Virus record (IMG/VR): IMGVR_UViG_2711768031_000001
Reading direction: 5' to 3' (one strand)
DNA: 12,100 nucleotides
Source of the DNA: a virus
Lineage: Duplodnaviria; Heunggongvirae; Uroviricota; Caudoviricetes
Shown: one piece after another, positions 7,019 through 12,100 of the stretch
How the letters are laid out: every line of letters begins with the position of its first letter
How positions within the stretch are numbered: position 1 is the first letter of the stretch
Made by a program: the position numbers and the translations under genes
The notes under the pieces: generated by a model
The model's database searches: none
Told to the model about the DNA's origin: nothing
What the model saw: only the letters and a program-made list of their open reading frames with translations

Positions 7019-7933
7019 TCAGCCTACTGTTCTAAAGATGAGAAGTGGTGTCATCCCATACGAATCACTTCCTCTACCAGCTTGTACCTTGACCATATCC
7101 AGGAAGGATTGTAATCCTGACTTGAGATCGTGTTCAGGGAAATCAGGGTTATTGATATTCTGATCTTGTACAGAATCTGGCAAGGCATCAATCAATCCAA
7201 TGACATGCCAGGTACCCGGTATGGTGCCACCATATTTTAAGGCTAAGTCATCAGGATTAATTGTTAAATATTCTTTATCAATAGACATCCACATCAGGTT
7301 GCCATTCTCATCAATAAAATCAACCTGGAGGATGTTGGGAACGATATTAATGAGTTTCTTAACTACACCAATGGTAAGCCCTGGAGATATCTCAATTTCA
7401 TCTGGGGTGAGTTTCCCTTTAAGCTTCGCTTTGGCTTTTGGGGGAAGGTTGACCGTGTTTAATTGTGCTTGGGCTATCTCACCAAAAATAGGCATAATTT
7501 TCTGAATAGTTGACACATCAAAAATGCGCATTTTTCCAACAGAATGAACAACTGAACCAAGATTCTCACCATTAAGTCCAGTTTTAATCATTCCTGCTTC
7601 ATCTAATTTATCGAGAAAATTAATTGGTAATGACCATGAAGCGTCGAAAGTTTTCTCTTGCGAATGTGTTAAGGTGTCGTCAGTCCCCACTTTTCCTTTA
7701 AGAATCTTGACGCTTAATTCAACGGATTTATTAGATTTATCTGTGTCAGAAGTAGTTTGTTTTACGCTCGTCACTACACCAGCATTGTGAAGCTGGGCTG
7801 TGAGGGAGCTAACGCGTACACGGTCTATGTAAAGAAAATCAAATAGTGAATCTGTGCTTTGTTGTTCGAGCTCCATTTTGCCAATCCTCTCTAAATTTTT
7901 CTTTTTCCTCGCGAATTCTTTTTTGCTTTTCAT
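7019..7933 (-). CDS. hypothetical protein of unknown function (304 aa; alternative start ATG 7876 gives 285 aa) at the rexAB-equivalent position; candidate phage-exclusion protein
   Basis: Long uninterrupted ORF in visibly AT-rich DNA between the cI stop and the putative OL/pL, on the same strand as cI. AGAGG lies about 9 nt upstream of the ATG at 7876. No catalytic or nucleotide-binding motif recognised by eye. A strong terminator follows. Confidence 0.7.
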   Translation of the reverse strand: MKSKKEFARKKKNLERIGKMELEQQSTDSLFDFLYIDRVRVSSLTAQLHNAGVVTSVKQTTSDTDKSNKSVELSVKILKGKVGTDDTLTHSQEKTFDASWSLPINFLDKLDEAGMIKTGLNGENLGSVVHSVGKMRIFDVSTIQKIMPIFGEIAQAQLNTVNLPPKAKAKLKGKLTPDEIEISPGLTIGVVKKLINIVPNILQVDFIDENGNLMWMSIDKEYLTINPDDLALKYGGTIPGTWHVIGLIDALPDSVQDQNINNPDFPEHDLKSGLQSFLDMVKVQAGRGSDSYGMTPLLIFRTVG

Positions 7934-8018
7934 CTATCTCATCGAAAAGTTGAATGAGTTCATCCACACCATGTGAAGGCGTCTCTGATTTCACTTTCTT
8001 CAAAATTTTCTTGAACAT
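7839..8018 (-). CDS. small highly charged ORF (59 aa) upstream of and overlapping the 304-aa gene
   Basis: First ATG at 8018 gives MFKKILKKVKSETPSHGVDELIQLFDEIDEKQKRIREEKEKFREDWQNGARTTKHRFTI, which is Lys/Glu-rich. The 3' end overlaps the start of the large ORF in another frame. The ORF-track extension to 8096 uses a TTG and would cover the candidate promoter. Confidence 0.35.
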   Translation of the reverse strand: MFKKILKKVKSETPSHGVDELIQLFDEIDEKQKRIREEKEKFREDWQNGARTTKHRFTI

Positions 8019-8049
8019 GATGATTTTCCATAGAGAACTGACTGTACAA

Positions 8050-8078
8050 ATTATGTTCTCTTTGTCACATGAAAGCAA
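8050..8078 (-). promoter_or_regulatory. candidate sigma70 promoter for the accessory two-gene insert
   Basis: On the minus strand: -35 TTGCTT (plus 8073-8078), 17-bp spacer, -10 CATAAT (plus 8050-8055), about 30 nt upstream of the small-ORF ATG at 8018 and downstream of the cI stop. Confidence 0.3.
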
Positions 8079-8167
8079 CTGTACCAGGACAAGCAAAGTG
8101 TGTCTCCAAAGATCGCTTTAATCACATGTTACAGCTTTTTTGTCAGCTTTGGTCCCATGAAGACGCT

Positions 8168-8860
8168 TTACCCATGCTTCCTGTATGTCTGCGGCATGCT
8201 CCCAATAACCTTACCGAAGATGAACACCCGGTTCATCTCGTCTTTCTCGATCGGGTCCCACGGTGAGTAGCTTTTGTTATCAGAGATGACCAGCAGCTTA
8301 TCCTTCATCATTTGCAGGCGCTTTACATGGGCTGTGTCGTCGTACAGAAACGCATAGATACCATCACCGTCGAAAGATTTAACTGTGATATCAACGAACA
8401 GCAGATCACCTGGTTCGATCGTTCCTGACATGCTGTCACCACGCACGTTAATGATGCGGATATTTTCCGCCTTCCTGCCATCGAACATGTGACGAGCATC
8501 GTCAAACGAGTACTCAACCGAGCGTAGAACTTCTACAAACTCACGGTTGATTACACCCGGCCCGGCACTGACTTCTATATCAAGAACGTCAATCTTGAAG
8601 TATTTTGAATGGCTGACAGCAGGCTTCCCTGATTGTTGACCGTCATTTCTCATCGGGCCTATGCCTGATGAGAGCCATTCTGTTCGAACACCCAATGCAT
8701 TAGCTATTTCAACAATTTTTGTTGAGCCGCGCGCGTTGCCGCTTGTCAGTCTCCAGATTGTGGGTTGAGCTACGCCAGACGCCTTTGCAAGAGCGCCTTG
8801 AGACATTCCAGATTGTTCCATCGCTAGGTTTAAGCGATCAGCAAGAGTTTCTTTTTTCAT
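8168..8860 (-). CDS. cI: CI-type prophage repressor (N-terminal XRE helix-turn-helix, C-terminal S24 LexA-like autopeptidase)
   Basis: From ATG 8860: MKKETLADRLNLAMEQSGMSQGALAKASGVAQPTIWRL (helix-turn-helix), a candidate Ala-Gly cleavage site in EVSAGPG, Ser nucleophile in VRGDSMSGTIEPGDLLFVD and Lys in HVKRL. The ATG at 8860 has no Shine-Dalgarno and sits 10 nt after a TATAAA -10, consistent with a near-leaderless pRM transcript. The ORF-track start at 8896 is probably too long. Confidence 0.88.
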   Translation of the reverse strand: MKKETLADRLNLAMEQSGMSQGALAKASGVAQPTIWRLTSGNARGSTKIVEIANALGVRTEWLSSGIGPMRNDGQQSGKPAVSHSKYFKIDVLDIEVSAGPGVINREFVEVLRSVEYSFDDARHMFDGRKAENIRIINVRGDSMSGTIEPGDLLFVDITVKSFDGDGIYAFLYDDTAHVKRLQMMKDKLLVISDNKSYSPWDPIEKDEMNRVFIFGKVIGSMPQTYRKHG

Positions 8861-8970
8861 AAGTTTTAATTTATACGCTTGCGTATTGATGGTCAAAACA
8901 CGTTTTGCTATTGCTTGGATTAATACGCATTGCTATTATTCATTCATTGCAATACCAATAGGAATTGATA
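8861..8970. promoter_or_regulatory. OR region: divergent pRM/pR promoters with operator motifs
   Basis: pR on the plus strand: -35 TTGCTT 8911-8916, 17-bp spacer, -10 TATTAT 8934-8939. pRM on the minus strand: -35 TTGACC at about 8890-8895 and -10 TATAAA at about 8870-8875. Perfect 14-bp palindromes ATACGCTTGCGTAT (8873-8886) and CAAAACACGTTTTG (8894-8907). TTGCTAT heptamers at 8905-8911 and 8930-8936, 25 bp apart as in the OL region. Confidence 0.55.
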
Positions 8971-9198
8971 ATGACAAATCAAACCATTCAACTCGCAATC
9001 AGTATTACAGGTAGTCAAAAACGACTGGCAGATCTATGCGGTGTAGCCCAACCCACAGTTTGGCGTTGGCTACACGGTGGCGGAATTGATGCCCGCTATG
9101 TAATGAAAATTGTCTCAGCCACTGGTGGAAAGATTAAACCAGCAGATATTCGTCCCGACCTCGCACCATTGTTTAACGCGAGTAATTCTGCCGCCTAA
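8971..9198 (+). CDS. Cro-like helix-turn-helix regulator of the YdaS family
   Basis: ATG at 8971 (ORF track begins at TTG 8965). Translation MTNQTIQLAISITGSQKRLADLCGVAQPTVWRWLHGG ... KIVSATGGKIKPADIRPDLAPLF follows the YdaS pattern of Rac prophage as recalled. Divergent from cI across the operator region. Confidence 0.8.
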   Translation: MTNQTIQLAISITGSQKRLADLCGVAQPTVWRWLHGGGIDARYVMKIVSATGGKIKPADIRPDLAPLFNASNSAA

Positions 9199-9222
9199 AC
9201 TGCGGCGTTAACTGATAAGGCA

Positions 9223-9768
9223 ATGACTATGCAACCACTTACATACCAACAGACTAGCGGATTTAGCCCGACTGCGGTGATAAATCGTTCTCAAACAAAA
9301 CAGGCGCCAGGCCACGAAAAAATCCGTGATGCCGTTCGCGCCTGGTCGGCTGCAGATAATCAGGATGTTGTTGCCGCACTCATTGTGAATGAGTATCGGG
9401 AGCAGGGCGGCGGCACCATCGATTTCCCTGATGATGTCAGCCGTGCACGCCAGAAGCTGTTCCGCTTCCTCGATAACAAATTCGATTCTGAAAAATACCG
9501 AAATAACGTGCGTGAACTGACCCCGGCAATTCTGGCGGTACTACCGCTGGAATATCGCGGCCACCTGGTTGAGCAGGATAGCTACATGGCTCGGCTGGCT
9601 GAAATGGAAAAGGAACTCAGTGAGGCAAAACAGGCTGTCATTCTCAACGCACCACGCCACCAGAAACTGAAGGAAATTAGTGAAGGTATTGTGTCGATGT
9701 TTCGTGTGGACCCAGATCTGGCTGGTCCACTGATGGCGATGGTCACCACCATGCTGGGGGCAATATGA
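9223..9768 (+). CDS. YdaT-like protein at the CII position (181 aa; alternative start ATG 9229)
   Basis: Translation contains EYREQGGGTIDFPDD ... LTPAILAVLPLEYRGHL, resembling the EEYLRQGGG ... LIPAILAILPRELRHRL region of Rac YdaT as recalled. It immediately follows the YdaS-like gene. Confidence 0.7.
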   Translation: MTMQPLTYQQTSGFSPTAVINRSQTKQAPGHEKIRDAVRAWSAADNQDVVAALIVNEYREQGGGTIDFPDDVSRARQKLFRFLDNKFDSEKYRNNVRELTPAILAVLPLEYRGHLVEQDSYMARLAEMEKELSEAKQAVILNAPRHQKLKEISEGIVSMFRVDPDLAGPLMAMVTTMLGAI

Positions 9769-9854
9769 CAGGTTCAGAAATGGCGAAAGCCGGTCTGCTG
9801 GAACAGAACCGACTTTCAGGTGCAAATCGTAACACACTCATTGCGGGAGGAATT

Positions 9855-10784
9855 ATGGCAAACACTGCTGAGATATTCAATTTTCCAGTGCCGGATGTGG
9901 CACAAAAGGAGCCGCGTGTGGCAGATCTCGATGATGGTTATACGCGCATTGCAAATGAGTTGCTGGAAGCTGTGATGCTGGCCGGATTAACACAGCACCA
10001 GCTTCTGGTCTTCCTGGCTGTCATGCGCAAAACATATGGCTTTAATAAAAAACTGGATTGGGTGAGCAACGAGCAACTTTCCGAGTTGACCGGGATATTG
10101 CCGCACAAGTGTTCTGCTGCAAAAAGTGTTCTGGTAAAGCGTGGGATTTTTATTCAGAGCGGGCGGAATATCGGCATTAATAATGTGGTCAGTGAATGGT
10201 CAACATTACCCGAATCAGGTAAGAAAAATAAAGTTTACCTGAAAGAGGTAAATTTACCTGAATCAGGTAAGAAAAGTTTACCCAAATCAGGTAAAGGCGT
10301 TTACCCGAATCAGGTAAACACAAAAGACAAACTAACAAAAGACAATATAAAACCTTTTTCGTCCGAGAATTCTGGCGAATCCTCTGACCAGCCAGAAAAC
10401 GATCTTCCTGTGGTGAAACCGGATGCTGCAATTCAGAGCGGCAGCAAGTGGGGGACAGCAGAAGACCTGACCGCCGCAGAGTGGATGTTTGACATGGTGA
10501 AGACCATCGCGCCATCAGCCAGAAAACCGAATTTTGCAGGGTGGGCTAACGATATCCGCCTGATGCGTGAACGTGACGGACGTAACCACCGCGACATGTG
10601 TGTACTGTTCCGCTGGGCATGCCAGGACAACTTCTGGTCCGGTAACGTGCTGAGTCCGGCCAAACTCCGCGACAAGTGGACCCAGCTCGAAATCAACCGA
10701 AACAAGCAACAGGCTGGCGTGACAGCCGGCAAACCAAAACTCGACCTGACGAACACTGACTGGATTTACGGGGTGGAGCTATGA
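9855..10784 (+). CDS. O: replication initiator O (lambda-type C-terminal domain, divergent N-terminal iteron-binding domain)
   Basis: ATG at 9855 preceded by GGGAGG. The C-terminal two-thirds (YSSENSGESSDQPENDL ... DLTNTDWIYGVEL) is near-identical to lambda O as recalled; the N-terminal third is related but clearly diverged. The ORF-track start at 9765 overlaps the upstream gene and lacks a ribosome-binding site. Confidence 0.93.
   Translation: MANTAEIFNFPVPDVAQKEPRVADLDDGYTRIANELLEAVMLAGLTQHQLLVFLAVMRKTYGFNKKLDWVSNEQLSELTGILPHKCSAAKSVLVKRGIFIQSGRNIGINNVVSEWSTLPESGKKNKVYLKEVNLPESGKKSLPKSGKGVYPNQVNTKDKLTKDNIKPFSSENSGESSDQPENDLPVVKPDAAIQSGSKWGTAEDLTAAEWMFDMVKTIAPSARKPNFAGWANDIRLMRERDGRNHRDMCVLFRWACQDNFWSGNVLSPAKLRDKWTQLEINRNKQQAGVTAGKPKLDLTNTDWIYGVEL
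10206..10360. repeat. ori-lambda-type replication origin inside O: iteron array plus AT-rich region
   Basis: Four near-identical 17-bp iterons, each an inverted repeat TTACC(C/T)(G/A)AATCAGGTAA, at 10206-10222, 10254-10270, 10278-10294 and 10301-10317, plus a degenerate copy TTTACCTGAAAGAGGTAAA at 10233-10252, followed by an A-rich stretch (ACACAAAAGACAAACTAACAAAAGACAATATAAAAC). Confidence 0.8.
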
Positions 10785-11482
10785 AAAACATCGCCGCACA
10801 GATGGTTAACTTTGACCGTGAGCAGATGCGTCGGATCGCCAACAACATGCCGGAACAGTACGACGAAAAGCCGCAGGTACAGCAGGTAGCGCAGATCATC
10901 AATGGTGTGTTCAGCCAGTTACTGGCAACTTTCCCGGCGAGCCTGGCTAACCGGGATCAGAACGAACTGAACGAAATCCGCCGCCAGTGGGTTCTGGCTT
11001 TCCGGGAAAACGGGATCACCACGATGGAACAGGTTAACGCAGGAATGCGCGTAGCCCGTCGGCAGAATCGACCATTCCTGCCATCACCCGGGCAGTTTGT
11101 CGCCTGGTGCCGGGAAGAAGCATCTGTTAACGCCGGGCTGCCAAACGTCAGCGAGCTGGTTGATATGGTTTACGAGTATTGCCGGAAGCGTGGCCTGTAT
11201 CCGGATGCAGAGTCTTATCCGTGGAAATCGAACGCGCATTACTGGTTGGTTACCAACTTGTACCAGAACATGCGGGCCAATGCGCTGGCTGACGCGGAAT
11301 TACGGCGCAAGGCTGCCGATGAACTGACCTGTATGACAGCGCGAATTAACCGTGGTGAGACGATACCTGAACCAGTAAAACAACTTCCTGTTATGGGCGG
11401 TAGACCTCTAAATCGTGCACAGGCTCTGGCGAAGATCGCAGAAATTAAAGCTAAGTTCGGACTGAAAGGAGCAAGTGTATGA
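10781..11482 (+). CDS. P: replication protein P (DnaB helicase loader)
   Basis: 233-aa translation (MKNIAAQMVNFDREQMRRIANNMPEQYDEKPQVQQVAQIINGVFSQLLATFPASLANRDQNE...) is near-identical to lambda P as recalled. The start overlaps the O stop. Confidence 0.95.
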   Translation: MKNIAAQMVNFDREQMRRIANNMPEQYDEKPQVQQVAQIINGVFSQLLATFPASLANRDQNELNEIRRQWVLAFRENGITTMEQVNAGMRVARRQNRPFLPSPGQFVAWCREEASVNAGLPNVSELVDMVYEYCRKRGLYPDAESYPWKSNAHYWLVTNLYQNMRANALADAELRRKAADELTCMTARINRGETIPEPVKQLPVMGGRPLNRAQALAKIAEIKAKFGLKGASV

Positions 11483-11781
11483 CGGGCAAAGAGGCAATTA
11501 TTCATTACCTGGGGACGCATAAGAGCTTCTGTGCACAGGACGTTGCCGCGGTAACAGGCGCAACCGTAACCAGCATAAATCAGGCTGCGGCTAAAATGGC
11601 GCGGGCAGGAATCCTGGTCGTTGATGGTAAGGTCTGGCGAACGGTGTATTACCGGTTCGCTACCAGAGAAGAATGGGAAGGAAAGGTGAGCACGAATCTG
11701 ATTTTTAAGGAGTGTCGCCAGAGTGCCGCGATGAAACGGGTATTGAGGGTATATAAAAGAACATCAATGGGAACACAATGA
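11479..11781 (+). CDS. ren: Ren (Rex-exclusion resistance protein)
   Basis: 100-aa translation (MTGKEAIIHYLGTHKSFCAQDVAAVTGATVTSINQAAAKMARAGILVVDGKVWRTVYYRFATRE...) matches lambda Ren as recalled. The start overlaps the P stop in an ATGA arrangement. Confidence 0.9.
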   Translation: MTGKEAIIHYLGTHKSFCAQDVAAVTGATVTSINQAAAKMARAGILVVDGKVWRTVYYRFATREEWEGKVSTNLIFKECRQSAAMKRVLRVYKRTSMGTQ

Positions 11782-11848
11782 TGAAACAGGTGAGTTGAGT
11801 TCAAACTGTAGTACAATTCTCTCCAGTTTGAACAGGAAAGAATATGCT

Positions 11849-12079
11849 ATGAACCCTTATATTTATCTTGGTGGTGCAATACTTGCAGAGGTCATTGGTA
11901 CAACCTTAATGAAGTTTTCAGAAGGTTTTACACGGTTATGGCCATCTGTTGGTACAATTATTTGTTATTGTGCATCATTCTGGTTATTAGCTCAGACGCT
12001 GGCTTATATTCCTACAGGGATTGCTTATGCTATCTGGTCAGGAGTCGGTATTGTCCTGATTAGCTTACTGTCATGGGGA
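11849..12079 (+). pseudogene. emrE: emrE (small multidrug resistance transporter), truncated after codon 77 by an IS2 end
   Basis: Hand translation from ATG 11849 gives MNPYIYLGGAILAEVIGTTLMKFSEGFTRLWPSVGTIICYCASFWLLAQTLAYIPTGIAYAIWSGVGIVLISLLSWG, matching E. coli EmrE as recalled. After SWG the reading frame continues as WICPYIS rather than the expected FFGQRLDL, coinciding with the IS2 terminal repeat. Confidence 0.8.
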
Positions 12080-12100
12080 TGGATTTGCCCCTATATTTCC
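12080..12100. mobile_element. terminal inverted repeat of IS2 (first 21 nt of the element; remainder outside the window)
   Basis: TGGATTTGCCCCTATATTTCC matches the IS2 terminal inverted repeat as I recall it (TGGATTTGCCCCTATATTTCCAGACA...). It begins exactly where the emrE reading frame departs from the EmrE sequence. Confidence 0.6.

Noticed and set aside
7200-7505. Plus-strand 101-aa ORF inside the 304-aa gene
   Set aside because: Antisense to the long uninterrupted minus-strand ORF, whose length in AT-rich DNA is itself strong evidence of coding; the plus-strand read is likely a by-product.
7934-8096. Extended 85-aa version of the small ORF starting at 8096
   Set aside because: It starts with TTG, has no Shine-Dalgarno, and would span the candidate promoter at 8050-8078; the first ATG at 8018 is more plausible.
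8069-8266. Plus-strand 65-aa ORF spanning the cI 3' end
   Set aside because: Antisense to the repressor gene and to the candidate insert promoter; no support.
9196-9222. Hairpin GCCGC-N7-GCGGC between the Cro-like and YdaT-like genes as a tR1-type terminator
   Set aside because: Only a 5-bp stem and no following T-run; too weak to call.
10206-10317. Iteron array as a possible CRISPR array
   Set aside because: The repeats are 17-bp inverted repeats separated by only 7-15 bp, lie within the O coding sequence and are followed by an AT-rich tract; this is the classic ori-lambda layout, not repeat-spacer architecture.

Overview
This window is the left junction and early region of a mosaic lambdoid prophage integrated at the tRNA-Thr gene thrW in an Escherichia/enterobacterial chromosome. 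Host proA (1-1254, +) and thrW (1369-1444, +) are followed by a minus-strand early-left operon: P22-type int and xis, several small accessory ORFs including a TraR/DksA-like zinc-finger protein and a phage Dam-type N6-adenine methyltransferase, then lambda-type exo, bet and gam, and a Kil-position ORF. The immunity region has a CI-type S24 repressor (8168-8860, -) divergent from a YdaS-like Cro and a YdaT-like protein, followed by lambda-type O (with internal iteron origin), P and ren. The window ends in an emrE gene that appears truncated by the terminal inverted repeat of IS2. The most interesting feature is an AT-rich two-gene insert (about 7019-8100, minus strand) between the repressor gene and the putative OL/pL region, i.e. 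the position lambda uses for rexAB. It encodes a 304-aa protein with no motif I can recognise plus a small charged upstream ORF, with its own candidate promoter and a strong terminator. I regard it as a candidate uncharacterised phage-exclusion or abortive-infection module. All homology statements rest on reading the translations and recalling known protein sequences; no searches were run.
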